From NCBI GenBank assembly GCA_965644495.1, contig CBFFSA010000004.1:248001-312000 (forward strand): a DNA stretch of 64,000 bases. Direction: 5' to 3'. A program made the position numbers and the translations under genes. Under the pieces are notes generated by a model. It ran no database searches and had not been told where the DNA came from. It was given only the letters and a program-made list of their open reading frames with translations. The DNA comes from Perkinsela sp. CCAP 1560/9. Taxonomy: Eukaryota; Protista; Euglenozoa: Kinetoplastea. Every line of letters starts with the position of its first letter. Position 1 is the first letter of the stretch. Below are positions 45,623-58,141 of the stretch, one piece after another.

Positions 45623-48214
45623 CAACAAATACTAGAAACAGAGTCACGAACTTTCCCACCCTCGTGATCGTGAGGACATTTCTCTTCGGTCACAAAGCAA
45701 AAAATCTTCAAAAGTTTTTGGTGTGTCTCCATCATGCTTTCACTTTAAAATTCAACTCAGGTCCGCACATGTACATGACAGAGCACGCACAAGAAGAGAC
45801 CGAGAAAATATCTTAATTTGCAAAAAGAAAGGAAAAGACGTGTTTTTGAAAAATGAGTACAATCCGACATTAGCCGCTTTTTCATATCATGGCCATCACT
45901 TGTCCTACAACATCCGGCGGAAATGGAAACTTCTTGGGTCCTCCAAATCAAAAAAAAAGGTCTTCGGTCCTCGCTCATATCTCTGTTTTGGATGGCACTG
46001 GATGGCAGCGCATGGCACTGGATGGCAGTGGACAACTGCATAGTGTCCATTTTCAAACTCATAATTTTCTTCTATATTTTTCTATTTATACAGACGAATA
46101 TTGGCATTTCATATTTTTTCGTCTCTTCGATCTTTTCTCGAATGGCGCTTTATTACGATACCTTTTTCAACCATATTCCTTATGAACGATTTGCTTCCCA
46201 AAGATAGTGACAAAGAGGCGTGTTCATATGGACATACAGACTCTGAAAAATTCGATCGATTACCCGATTGGGTGCAACACACCTTAAAGAAGGTGCTCCG
46301 CATTCGTTTGAAAAGAGTGGAGAGAGATTTGGAGTATCTTGAGACCTCTCAGGAGGAACGAAATAGTGCCCAATTTGCCCCTGACAGGCTTCTCCAAGAA
46401 ATCATGGATCGTCTCGAAGATGATATAATTTCGAGGGCCGTTGCATGGTTAAACAACCGCCATCATCAGCTCACGACTTCTTCAGTTCCCATTATTCACA
46501 ACACTTTGTGTGGTGTTACAGCGGACGAAGAAATCCCTCTCGAGGTATCATCCTCGTTGCAAAACATCGCGAGGTAGACTTGTTGTTCTTTTCCGACGCC
46601 AAATGCCACGTGCTAAATAGCGCCCGAGAGGAAGAGATGTTAAGTTATACTTCCGTACCCCGTGCAGTCCACAACGGAACCCACACCTCTACACCACAGT
46701 GCGAAACCATCAACACACGATAGGACAGAGCGTCCCTTGAACCCAAGCGCGTACCAACTCCCCAGCTACAGAGCTCCTCTTCGAAACGTCTCGCACGATA
46801 GTGGGAGGACGCGTTCGGGTACATTTCGCAGAGGAACAAGGGGACAATATGATTGTCGCGAAAACTGAAGCACGCTGCAAGTTACGCACGCATCCGATGG
46901 ACAGCCGCGGGTGAAGGCTCGGATCGCACAGACCCATCTGCCGAGGAAACTGAGACACCCTACCTAAGGTAGGTAATCTTACAGTGCCTGTACCGGAGAT
47001 TGGGAAATTCTTTGCGGCGTCAATGTCTAAGCCAGAAGGGGCACACTGCATTCCCCATTATGAAACTAATGCCCCACCACGAGAGGCAATGATCAGATAT
47101 CGACACAGAAACGGTCGCAGTAGCCGCCGCATCCTAACGCTCTGGCGCTGCCCTCGGATCGTACACTGTATACTGTACCCAACGCGCTGCTAAAGCGCTG
47201 TGTCCCTATTTTTCCCACATGGTACATGCATGTATACGTACATACTTTTCAGAAAATTAACACAGATTAATGTTGCACCGAAAAATGTCTTCCCTGTACC
47301 TCAGGTCCTTCTTGTTGAATTTGATATACACATGGCCCTGAAACGTTGATCTTTTTCGAAAGTGTTTTCATGGTCTCACTCGATCTGCTTATCGACGGCT
47401 TCTCCTCCATAGAAAGGCTCTTTTTCATGTGATAGGGGATTCTGTGGCGAATGATGGGATGGAGGTATGTTAAGGGTTGACGAGGGCTCCAACTCGAGGA
47501 GCTGATTTTTGAGACGTAACCAGCCTGTCAGTGGCCCGATTGACATGATAGATACTAGCCGTATACATGCAAGTGCCGTATACATGTAAGTACCATAGAC
47601 CCCCCCAGTAATAGAATCGATTTTGGGCCAAAATGGACAATTCCTAATTACTGGGGGGTATGCTTTTTGGGTGAGAAAAGACCTTTTTTGTTCATGAGTG
47701 CGTTGATTTTCAGCCCATGGAACCCCGCAACCACGCCATTCGCTCCCTCGCAACCGCCCTCACCCGGCCCAGCCACCCCCACCAGCCCAAACACCACCTC
47801 ACCCCTCCAACGACCCCCCGAGTCAAATCCTTGTTACTGGAGATCAGCCGAAAAAGGGCCGAATCCTTGTTACTGGAGGGGTCTACGGTAGTAGCAGTAA
47901 AAAGATATTACTATTCATCCTTCTTCGAGTTATAAAAATATATGGAGGGAGGAGTATAAAAAATAGTATGTGACTATACTAGTTCGTAATATACCGGGGT
48001 GGCATGATAAGCTGGACAGTACAGTTGTAGTTTAGATGCAGACACCAGACTTATAGGATAGAAACTTCCCGCTTTCGGACTATACCTGTACCTGTAACTA
48101 AAAAAGTATAGTATTAAAAAAATAGCAACATCACTGTTTTTCTTGATTGGCAGACGCACGACGTAAAACTACGTAAAATCACCAAATATATTAAAAATAG
48201 AATGCAAAATAAAA

Positions 48215-48964
48215 TTACAATATGAACATTAATTTCGTTTTTTTAAAGCAGGCTAGCCAATCCTGAGAAGTACCTCGCTTGCTGTACAGCTCACGCTTGA
48301 AACGCTCCGGTAATTTACTGAAATCCACTTCACCGTAGATCTTTGCGTTATTCTGAACATCAAGAACGCTCAAAGATGGAGGCAGGGAGCTCAAATCGAT
48401 TCGGCCCTCCAAATTATTGTTCTCCAAATGCAGTTCGTTTAGTTTGCGGGGAAGCATTCGAAGCTCAGGGGAGCCTGAAAATTGATTCGAACCTAAACAA
48501 AGTGTTACGAGCGATGGGGGAAGAGATTTTAAACACAGATCACCGTCAAATTTGTTTTCATCCGCAATGAATTCCACGAGATCTTGCGGCAGAGAAGCTA
48601 AATTTAACTTTCCAGAGAACTCGTTGCGAGCAATATTCATCCACTTCAAGCAAGGAGAGAGGTAAGAGAACGACACCCCCCCACTGAGCTCATTTCCCTG
48701 CAGCGATAAACGTGTGATGGTTTGGGGAAAGTACTCCCAGTGCAATTGGCCTCGGAGTCTTCGCGATCTGTTCATCAAGACAATGCTAATGATTGTGCCC
48801 TCCGCATCACGTCGTATGTTGTGCCACATCGTCGTGGATGTCGCATCACCCCAATTCAAGGGTATATTTTCCACGCCTTGGAAAAAGCGGTCGAGATCAT
48901 ACTCCTGGGATAAGAATGCACCACGTACTTTACCGGGCCGCGTTGTTGGGACAATGGAATCCAT
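48215..48964 (-). CDS. Leucine-rich repeat protein
   Basis: RPGKVRGAFLSQEYDL.RF N-cap plus ~6 LP-type LRRs. Confidence 0.9.
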   Translation of the reverse strand: MDSIVPTTRPGKVRGAFLSQEYDLDRFFQGVENIPLNWGDATSTTMWHNIRRDAEGTIISIVLMNRSRRLRGQLHWEYFPQTITRLSLQGNELSGGVSFSYLSPCLKWMNIARNEFSGKLNLASLPQDLVEFIADENKFDGDLCLKSLPPSLVTLCLGSNQFSGSPELRMLPRKLNELHLENNNLEGRIDLSSLPPSLSVLDVQNNAKIYGEVDFSKLPERFKRELYSKRGTSQDWLACFKKTKLMFIL

Positions 48965-49822
48965 ATGTTTGTAAGTTAATGTTTGCAGTGAACGAGTTGA
49001 AAGAAAATACCAAAACTATACCACAAAAGGTGACCCAAAAATAGATACAACTTTTCGGCTATTATCCGGCAAAAATGTACCCTAAATTGACCCTATTTTT
49101 TGATAAAAAAAGTACATTTGTTTAAAACAAATGTATTTTTGTTGAAAAAGCGTAAACAAATAGTTTTCGTTTTTTGCAATTTTTTTTCGTAGTTTTGAGT
49201 ACGTCTAGTACGTTCCTTTTGTCTTTCCGTTTTCGTCTATATGGGCTGTCTAGGGTGCACACCATTAGCCTGAATAATATTGGTGACTTCGATTGTGCCA
49301 TGTGTTTTTTAACATTCCCCCCCTTGAAAAACCCTCGTGCCCCCCCCCGTGGCTTACAGGTTCACCCACTCTACCGACGAAGAGCCACCACGAGGGATTC
49401 TCAACTCTGCTCCCCTAAAGAGTCCTTCAGGTTTTCGGTACGCATGTACGCTGACGGAGTACTTTAAGAAAGTTCAAGAACGCCAAGAAAGTGAAGCAAA
49501 AGAAGTCGAAGAAAAGTCGGCGCCGCTTGGCCGCGCCATTTCATCTGTACATCCAGTAAATCAGCATGCGTGCTAGTGGTTTTTACAATCTGTACAATTC
49601 GAACATTTCGCTACATGAGCAAGCCACGGCATGTCATAATTCGAGCTACTGTCCCCCCTCCGTTTAAGTGTACCTTGTTATTCGTGAAAAGTGTGGTTAA
49701 ACAGGGGGCTTAAATGATTCTGAAGCACGAACATGAGAAAAATGATCGGCGCCGTGTACTTCAACTCGATGGGCGTTTAAACAGGGGGCCTCTCCGGGTG
49801 CGCTTAAAGGGGGGGTATTAAT

Positions 49823-50083
49823 TTATCTTTTTCGAAAGACTCGGTATAATGTCCAACAGGGTGCGCAGATGACACTGAGGCAAACAACTAGCACTAAAGG
49901 AGTGCAAAGAGTATTCATTTCAACAAAACACTGCTTAGAAACATTATTTTCCTGTAACAGTTTCCTACACCTTAAATTTGGATGCCTTAGTTCCAGATAC
50001 AGTAATGAGGCCGAGGTTAGGAAAAACGTAACTGAAAACACGAAAACATTGAAGTATCCTTTCCAAACATTTATTCCATGCAT
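49823..50083 (-). CDS. Possible small two-TM membrane protein
   Basis: ATG-started 86-aa ORF on the host coding strand with two hydrophobic stretches and a basic tail. No homology recognised. Confidence 0.25.
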   Translation of the reverse strand: MHGINVWKGYFNVFVFSVTFFLTSASLLYLELRHPNLRCRKLLQENNVSKQCFVEMNTLCTPLVLVVCLSVICAPCWTLYRVFRKR

Positions 50084-50340
50084 CGAATTAAGATAGGAGC
50101 ATTCTCGCTAGGTGCATAGATTGTGGAGCTCAGTTAGAGAATTTGCGCACGCAATGTTGAGCAGAATTGGAAAAAGGTACAATTTAAAGGTCGAAAAAAA
50201 TCTTGCAATAAGATGCAAGGGAAGCCCTCGTGGATCACGGGGGGTATAAAATTTGTCAAAATTACCGAATGTGAAGTGGTGAGCACGTATTGCAATTCGC
50301 TAAAATAGCCATACAACGTAAAAATACGGGAATTGTTTTT

Positions 50341-51060
50341 TAGTCGCTTCGTTAAACGGAACTGTTGTTTTCAACTTCAAAAGAATCGCTGTTGCGATCT
50401 TCGTTTTGAAAATTACCTCCGCGTTTAACGACGCGACCAAAAAAGAAAAAGTTTCCTCGAAAGCCGAAGAAAACGGAAGGATTCGATCTAAAAAAGCTCG
50501 TAGATATAATAGAGTCATTTTTACGTGTTTTTGCACTCAGGGAACTAAATCCAAGCTTTTGGTATGAGAGTTCACTACTGTACTTCGCGTGAGCCTTCAG
50601 AACGGAATGAGCCAAGCCATTTTTACGCGGAAAACGGACTCCTTTGGGCCCGAAAATTACTTTTCCTGATATTTTTGGGATATGATTTATCATTTTGATA
50701 GGCCGGCGTTGTAGTAGTTTGGGTGAGTACTCATCGAAACGAATCTTTAGTTTTGCGAAAAAATGTACTCATCGAAACGACCTCTTCACATGGTAGTTTG
50801 GATGAGTACTCATCGAAACGACCTCCGCACGTGGTACTTTGGATGAGTACTTTTCACTCTATTATCAACGTCTGACTCCCTAAGACTAAACTGTGAACGT
50901 AGCCCGCGACAGTGACGCCTAGTTTACCTGTCTGGAGCATTGCGTATTTATTTTCCTATATTGCATCACCTAGTTTACCTGTCTGGAGGCAAGGCCCAAC
51001 TGTGAGCGAAGCCCACGTCTAGAGGCAAAGGCCCCCGTTGGCGAGCAAGGCCCAACTGTG
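50341..51060. repeat. Hairpin repeat (copy 3) joined to the palindrome-array repeat (copy B)
   Basis: Hairpin at 50341-50439; GATGAGTACTCATC units at 50720-50852. Confidence 0.75.
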
Positions 51061-52538
51061 GGCGTAGCCCTGGGACAGAATTATAATTTTTGGCGACCCG
51101 TGCGCTCCAGCGCGCGGGTCGCGCACCGAGAACCTATGTCTGCCACTTCCGCAGGAACACCTACGGAATTGTAACTTGTGTTAAACCAGGGAAACGAACC
51201 AAGAGCGATACCTTACTTTATAATATCTCATGTCTTGACAAATAGACTACGCTCTCTGATGATTACAACGCTTTTTTCTTGTTGACTCACCTTTTTATTG
51301 AGGGTGTTTTTCGATCCTTCTTGGTCCTGTCGTTCGGAGTAGTGGTTCATAAGGGACTATATTGGAAGGAGGTCGCTTTTTGTTCGTGCTTGTAGATTAG
51401 TTCCATTGCAGTTTTATGTAGATGTATGGTGCTGGATATGCGGATACGTAATTTATGATATAATTGTAGTATTGCTTTCTACTACTCTGCTTTTCTTCCT
51501 CTCAAAATCTATGTCGGGTAGCGAAAATAGTGCAAATGACACAGCGCATTTGTTTCGATTGTTTTCGCAGTTTTTCGGAACCCAGTAAAGTAATTCACCG
51601 CGTCCCGAAGAGAATCCGCCTATGCGTCTGAGTCCCAGAGGGAGAATTTTACGTGACCACGCTTTGTGTCATGGATTGCGAACTTCGCTTGCGTGAAAGA
51701 GTGGCGTTTTAAGCTACAAGTTCCCTGCGGTGGTGATGCCATTCTTTGGTTGAAGAAACATTTTCCTTATAAGCCGGCGACTTATCCGGAGTATGGTTCG
51801 CATTGCATGTAGCAATCCGAAGAGCCTGGTATCATGATTTGCATGCACCGTGGCCATGGCCAACACAATCGATGCCGCAAAAAGATCAGCGTTCTTTCCT
51901 CCGTCATTCCGCACCATGCTCGATACGCGGCGGGCGATCTCCTGAAGTTTTGGGCCGATGTCGCTGATCATTTTTCGGGATATACAACTTATATTGCAGG
52001 TCGTCAACTTATATTCCAGGATGTTAATTTATATTGCAGGTTGTTCACTTGAATTGCTCAATATAATATCGAATAAATAATAAAATTTATAATAAAGGCA
52101 TTTATAAGCATGCCGGGATGCTCATGCAAAGATATTGGGTGCGTGCTAAAATGGAAAAGCAATGTGGATATTCCGACAAATTTTGATGAGTTTCTTCGAA
52201 AACATGACATCGTAGGGCTACAATCTTGCCCCAGGCATGGAGGATACGGCAGAAAACTTTCCAACTTCATCAGTATTTGCTGGAAGAAATGGGGAAAGAA
52301 TGATTGTAGGAAACGTCTTTCTAGTTTGTTTCCTTATTTTTCTTCCAAGCAAAAGAAAGCGAAAGAAAAATTTCTGTTCTGAATTAGCTTGTGCCGAAGC
52401 GACTTGCAATTATCTTCTGCGGCACAACTAGGAGTAAGTCGTGCGATCCTTTGTAAGTGGAAGCGACAGGTAGTTGAAGTTATCCACCGCTATATGAATT
52501 ATTTGAAAAAGCATACTAAGTTGCTCTGTGGACGCCTA

Positions 52539-53128
52539 GCTGTATTAATAATTTTTTTAATAATAATTATTAATAATTTTTATTAAAAGAAAGGGTCAAT
52601 TATTAATAATTTTGCATTTTAGGTTTTTGGTCCGCGTTAATACCATCGGTGAGAGCAGACAAGATCAAATAAAGTGGAAGCACGTTGCACGCACGTCATG
52701 TAAGAGACATTAAAAGATTCTGAAAGCAGTATGTAGGTCTTCATGGACATCCATGAAGTCTTCATGTATATACTGCCAAGCTTAAATGGAGTTGCACGTT
52801 GACATGATCATTCAGAGCCGCATTCTCATTTTTAAAACTAGACGTTTAATATCTATTTTTTTGGGATACATTAGCCAAAAAACATCATCATACATAGCCA
52901 AAAAACGTGATTTCTAAGATCTCTTAAGAACCAAAGTTTTCTGAGTTGATCCCCCCCAGGATTCTTCCTTGGCATGAAGCAGAATTAGAAAGAAAAATGT
53001 GAGGGAATAAAATATTCTGACGTTGGTATTTTTATGTCCTATCTGCCTACTAAGACCTTATTAATAATTATTAATAATTTTTAATAATAATTATTATTAA
53101 ACGAAAAAATTATTAATAATTTTACAGC
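52539..53128. mobile_element. AT-rich-TIR MITE with TA TSD
   Basis: TA|GCTGTA..TAATAAT...ATTATTA..TACAGC|TA. Excision restores CGC CTA TGT GTG GAC. Confidence 0.8.
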
Positions 53129-54300
53129 TATGTGTGGACGAAACGTTCATCCAAAAAAGAAAGTACACCCATGGACAGAAGTGTGCCCCAGGCCTGGCAA
53201 ATGCCATTTTTTTATCCGTTTTTTTCTCATTTTTGCAGCATTCGAGAGATCTCTTTGCCCTAGCGAAGAGCTTTGCCCTTTTTTTCATAGGGACCCCCTG
53301 GTGCTCTGGTGGTGACCCCAAAGTAGACCAAAAACAAAAAATGGTACATTAGACATCTAGAAACAAATCACCCTTTCAATGAGAAAATGAGAAAAAAGGA
53401 AGAAGTATCAATATCCGCAATGCTCCCCATTGGTCTGAATAACTATTTGCATACGTTTGGGAACAGATTTGATGGAATTCAACGCTTTCTGTCTATCATA
53501 CCCCTGCCGGGTAAATGGGTAATTACCCACGTGGTGGTAAACGCGGGTAATTTACCCGGGTCATTGACCCATTTACCCGCTTTCACCCAGATTTACCAAC
53601 CAACCATACGATCCCGTACTAGAATAAAGCTCGATGACTGTGCCAACTTTGCTGAGCAAGTTGTCGCTACAGAAACAGTATCTCAATCCATAGAAGGAAA
53701 AATCCGTCTTTCATTCGGTTTCCCCCCTTTCCTATCCCCTAAACCAAACAATTTTGTTTTTTTTTTTTTTATTTTTTTTTTTGATGACACTTGGAAAGGT
53801 GAATTTTTTTTTTTTTAAGTATGAATCGCGGCATTGCCTCTATATTTTGACCCATTAGACGAACCAAGTAGGTCCATTGGGGGGGGTATATGATTTTAAA
53901 ACAAGCAATCAAATTAGCAATTTCATATTTTGGAGCCCAAAACCAGCAATTCGATCTCCCGTAAGTATAAGAACAATAAAAACAATAACAATAAAAATAA
54001 GCAATCTATGCCCAATCCATTCGCGCGTTCCGGACCGGGTCTTTCGACCTCTCCACGGCCTGACTTGTGAACCCTTCCCTTGTTATACAGGAGGGCGCAG
54101 GCGCGGGCCTGTGTCGACAGCGACACGGTCACGAAACAGGATGCTGGCCGACGGGGAGGAGATTCACTACCCGTGTACTACCTCACTTGGGGTACCTAGC
54201 CCTCGCGGGCTAGGCGTGAGTATAGACTCTGTCGACTCGGCCAGCACCCGTCCTGGATATTATGGCGTCTTCGTGCTGAAACTGGACTGTCAGTAGAGGC

Positions 54301-57300
54301 TTAAGCCTCTACCAAAGGATCCGCTGGGTCCTCTACGCGGATGCGCGAAACCATCATCCTGGCTTGAGAACGCATTAGCGTCACGTTCAGATCCGTTAGG
54401 AGATCGTTTCGCGCTTGGTCTCGTGAAAGGAGCCCTTTGGACGCATTCGCCCGTTGGGTTCCGATGTCCCGGAGTAACGCTAGCGCACTCTCGCTCCAGG
54501 AACCAAAGGATTCCACCACCATCGCTGTGAAGAGATGTCCTGCTTTTTCTGCTTCTTGTCGCTGTCGCGCCTTGGTCTCCGCGAAGTGCTCAGCAAAAGA
54601 CCCCGGGGTCACCCAGCTAGCATTGTGGACTGAGTCCGAATACTTTGTTTGCTGTGCGTGAGTGACCGCAAAATCTAGGACCATGCCTTGCGCTAAAGAT
54701 CCTTTGGCGATGGAGGCCGTTGGCAGAAATACGTCCGCTGGTCTCGTGAGAGCCCCCCCAGGACCCCGATTTCCCAAACTCTTCTCTCTCTGTGGCGCCA
54801 GGAAGGCTCTGCTGCAGAACGATGTAAATTGTTGGGCCAGAGCGTTGTGCCGTGAGATGATACCATGGCCGTTCTTGCGGAGCAAAGCGTGCTCTCCATT
54901 CTTGAGCAAGGGAAGGGTGCACCCGTCAGCTGGGCAAGGCCGATCTTCGGGGAAGACGTCCATGCCTAGCCACCAGCGTGTTAGGGTACGAAACTCCGTG
55001 TGAGTGAAAGCGTAGCCTCTGGTCTTGGAGGGAGTTGCGAAAGCCCAGTTTCCGGCCCCTTTTCCGGACTGCGAGATCCATCGCGCCCGCGTTCTTGCGT
55101 CTGCCTTTGAATATGCCGTTTGAAATTCCCTATCCGAGATAGCTTGGCTGAGATGTTTTTGCCTCGGGATGATCTTTTCCTGATCCGTCGAGACCGGGAG
55201 AAGGGAGTGATTGAGGGATAGTGCGAGTTTTCTTTTCGCTGGGCGGGAAAGGATGCTCCGATTTGCATGATATTCACCAGGCACGCTAGGTTTGGTAATG
55301 CGTCCAGTGTATGGATCAACCAGATCAGTCCCAACTTTGTCATTTATGTCATGTGCTGAGCTGGAAAATCCCTCAGCTTCTGTGGGGTCCCAGTTGTCCA
55401 AGCTAGCGGCGTGCGCGACGGAAGAAACGTAGGCTGCTGACTGGTGGAGAATTGATGAGCGAAGTCCGAACCCGCCGTGGCGTTTTGGTCGTTGTATTTG
55501 GTCGCGAGCGGCGACGCCTAAGGGAGAAATTGCGTGCTCCACGGCCTGGACTAGATGAGAGTCAAGTTTTTGGCATAATTCTCCAAGGGCTTGGGGAGGA
55601 GTGGTGCGCAGTGCGTACACCATCTGACAAAACCCCGAACATTGCCGTATTAGTGCGAGAGCTATTTGGGGATCTTCTAACACAGCAGTAGCTTCTAATG
55701 TTTCGCGGGCTGGTTCAATCGCGTGTGTCATGAGAAACTCCGCACAGTGTTCCGCAGAGCCTATTGGGCTTCCAAGAATGTCGAAGTTCCCGTCGTACCG
55801 TATTTTATCACTGGGGATGTCAGGAAAGAAAACGGATGTATGAGCTGATGCTGGGGGGGTAATGATCTCGCACTTGGAGAGATTCAGGAAGAGTCCCCAC
55901 TTCGGTCCTATCTCGTCGAGGACGTCTAGGGCTTTACGGACTTCTTTGGGATCACCTACAAGCACACCGTCATCTAAATACCATAATTGTGTTCGTAGGT
56001 TAGAATTTGATGCAATTTCTTCTGTTACCTCTGCTAACACCAAAGAGAAGAGGAGTGGGCCCAGAGGGTCTCCTTGTTGCACTCCTTCTGCCGAGGGGAT
56101 AAAATCATCGCCGAATGTGAGACAGCTATGATTGGCATAACACCATTCTACCCATGGGGATAGTTCAGGGAAATGCTTTCGTGTGAGGAAGATGAAGACG
56201 GGTCGGCTCACGTTATTAAAGGCGTTCCGAAGATCCACCTTACAGAACGTTATGTTCTCATTTTCTTCATTATTTCTCATTAGACGGCGACAAAGGTGTA
56301 TCACTCTTTCCGCCCCAGCAGACGCTGCGACTCCGTATTGACGACGTCCAAAGAAGGATCCTGCTTTTTCTTTTATCGAAAGGCATACTGCCTTGCTCAC
56401 CAGGCGTCTAAGGGTTTCCCCCGCAGCGATAGGCCGCACGTCATCTTCCCCTTTTTCGAGTGCGCATAGCCGTGCCCCTGCAAAAAAAGGTTGCACTTCG
56501 TCTGGGGCTTTGCCAGCTAGAAGATGGTTTACGAAGGAAGTGAGCGTCGTAAGAGGATTCATATTCTGGTCGACGTGCTCTTGAAGCGCTGTTTGGAGGT
56601 GTTCAGGCCGGAGCCCCATAGTCCCAGCAGAGGATCCGCGACGGAAGGTATCTACTGCTTTTCTTACCTCGGATTCGTCCAGTTTTAAAGCTTCTTCTTC
56701 CAGGGGAGGTAGGGGGCACGAGATCGGATTACCATGGGGGCTGGGGTGTTTTTCCTGCAGCTTTAGCAGGGTTTCCTCGCTGTATGGTGCAAGTGGAGCT
56801 GCAGTAAGGGCAGCCATGCCTCGGGAAAATTCTCCTTGGCGAACCAGAATTTCAGCCCGTATTGCAGCCTTGTCTTCTTCACCCTCAATCTCATTATTCG
56901 GCACTTTTGAGCGCTTCCTGTCATGCTCCGAATTTGCTTGGGCCCATAGGGTGGTATATTGGCCTTGTATCCAAAGTTCCATTCGCTTTGAGATGTAGGA
57001 GGTATAGGACTTGTGAGCTTTACGGCCTCCTCGGTACGGGGCTGGTAGGACGCATTTCGGAAGCAAGGCAAGAAGGGTCCAGGCTCTCAGTGAGTTTTCG
57101 TTTACCGCGGTGGAGAGGGCTGCGGTAAAAATTCTGGTCCACAGATATCGACATCGGTGTGGGACATCCTTGCACGTGCTTATTTGGGTCGTGCAAACTT
57201 CCTCTAGGGACGGTAGACTATGCGTACCTTGCATATCGTACATGGCTTCTCCGGACTCTGACAGCTGTGAATGCTGCTGTGGTTGTGAGGGCGGCTGCGA

Positions 57301-58101
57301 GGAGGGTGGTGTAGATTGCATTTTACAATGATTCAAATGAGAAGTTTTCTTGCTAATATCGTAATGACGACCGCATGCGTCGCAGAGAAATCGTCCTTCC
57401 TTTGTCCACCAGTCATTGGGTATGTTATTTCCGTGTCGGTAAGCAACGTGGTTGTAGTACGACTGCCATTGACCTCCATGGGCACGAGTTTTCCAAATAC
57501 AGTTTTCTGCGGGGCACTCCCTTTGTGTCGGACGGTTTTGGGAAGATGGAAACGTGAGAACTGGTTCGCTCGTCGAAGGTGGGATTTCAAGGGAAGTTCC
57601 TTGTATTATTTGGCGTGGAGAGTTGTTTTCGGGGTTATGTTCCGTCGCTTCCCCTTTTCGAGGTGTAGCTGGTTCGCGCGCTTTTCGATGAGACTTTACG
57701 ATTCCCCGATTCCCTTTGACGCTTGGGGGTGTGGAAGATGGTTGGCATCGAGTAAACTTTTTAGTGATAGTGTTGCTATCAGATTGCATTTTTTGGTGTC
57801 CATGATGTAATCTGATGACTCGTGAGTGGTTTGTTTCCTCATCGCTACTATCTACCTGTCCCGTATCACGTGTCTGGTTCTCAGTTGAGATCAAGGCGGC
57901 GTTCATGTTCCATTCTTCCGGAATGTTCGCAGGAATAGGGGTCGTGTAGAGCAATTCGTTGTACGTACTCCGTTGCTTAATGAGATGTGCGTTTCCAGCA
58001 AACTGGTCCCAGGATCCTCTATTGTGTACTGCTTCCTTTTGTAAAAATGAATCGTCGTCCATCGGCGGAGGTGAGGCTTTGAGAAGATCGTCCTCAGACA
58101 T
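54301..58101 (-). CDS. CRE-like polyprotein: LsmAD-like motif, zinc fingers, reverse transcriptase, restriction-like endonuclease
   Basis: LRPEHL, RPIAAGETLRRL, DLRNAFN, GVQQGDPLGPLLF, WYLDDG, GLFLNLSKCE. RLE motifs RHN..RPAD..LDFAVT..VVESFG. Confidence 0.95.
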   Translation of the reverse strand: MSEDDLLKASPPPMDDDSFLQKEAVHNRGSWDQFAGNAHLIKQRSTYNELLYTTPIPANIPEEWNMNAALISTENQTRDTGQVDSSDEETNHSRVIRLHHGHQKMQSDSNTITKKFTRCQPSSTPPSVKGNRGIVKSHRKAREPATPRKGEATEHNPENNSPRQIIQGTSLEIPPSTSEPVLTFPSSQNRPTQRECPAENCIWKTRAHGGQWQSYYNHVAYRHGNNIPNDWWTKEGRFLCDACGRHYDISKKTSHLNHCKMQSTPPSSQPPSQPQQHSQLSESGEAMYDMQGTHSLPSLEEVCTTQISTCKDVPHRCRYLWTRIFTAALSTAVNENSLRAWTLLALLPKCVLPAPYRGGRKAHKSYTSYISKRMELWIQGQYTTLWAQANSEHDRKRSKVPNNEIEGEEDKAAIRAEILVRQGEFSRGMAALTAAPLAPYSEETLLKLQEKHPSPHGNPISCPLPPLEEEALKLDESEVRKAVDTFRRGSSAGTMGLRPEHLQTALQEHVDQNMNPLTTLTSFVNHLLAGKAPDEVQPFFAGARLCALEKGEDDVRPIAAGETLRRLVSKAVCLSIKEKAGSFFGRRQYGVAASAGAERVIHLCRRLMRNNEENENITFCKVDLRNAFNNVSRPVFIFLTRKHFPELSPWVEWCYANHSCLTFGDDFIPSAEGVQQGDPLGPLLFSLVLAEVTEEIASNSNLRTQLWYLDDGVLVGDPKEVRKALDVLDEIGPKWGLFLNLSKCEIITPPASAHTSVFFPDIPSDKIRYDGNFDILGSPIGSAEHCAEFLMTHAIEPARETLEATAVLEDPQIALALIRQCSGFCQMVYALRTTPPQALGELCQKLDSHLVQAVEHAISPLGVAARDQIQRPKRHGGFGLRSSILHQSAAYVSSVAHAASLDNWDPTEAEGFSSSAHDINDKVGTDLVDPYTGRITKPSVPGEYHANRSILSRPAKRKLALSLNHSLLPVSTDQEKIIPRQKHLSQAISDREFQTAYSKADARTRARWISQSGKGAGNWAFATPSKTRGYAFTHTEFRTLTRWWLGMDVFPEDRPCPADGCTLPLLKNGEHALLRKNGHGIISRHNALAQQFTSFCSRAFLAPQREKSLGNRGPGGALTRPADVFLPTASIAKGSLAQGMVLDFAVTHAQQTKYSDSVHNASWVTPGSFAEHFAETKARQRQEAEKAGHLFTAMVVESFGSWSESALALLRDIGTQRANASKGLLSRDQARNDLLTDLNVTLMRSQARMMVSRIRVEDPADPLVEA

Positions 58102-58141
58102 GAGAAAGAACCGCGTACCTGGAAAAGATGAAATAAAGAAA

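Noticed and set aside
46101-47193. Plus-strand ORFs as host genes
   Set aside because: No recognisable motifs, opposite to the host strand and within repeat-rich sequence; probably element debris.
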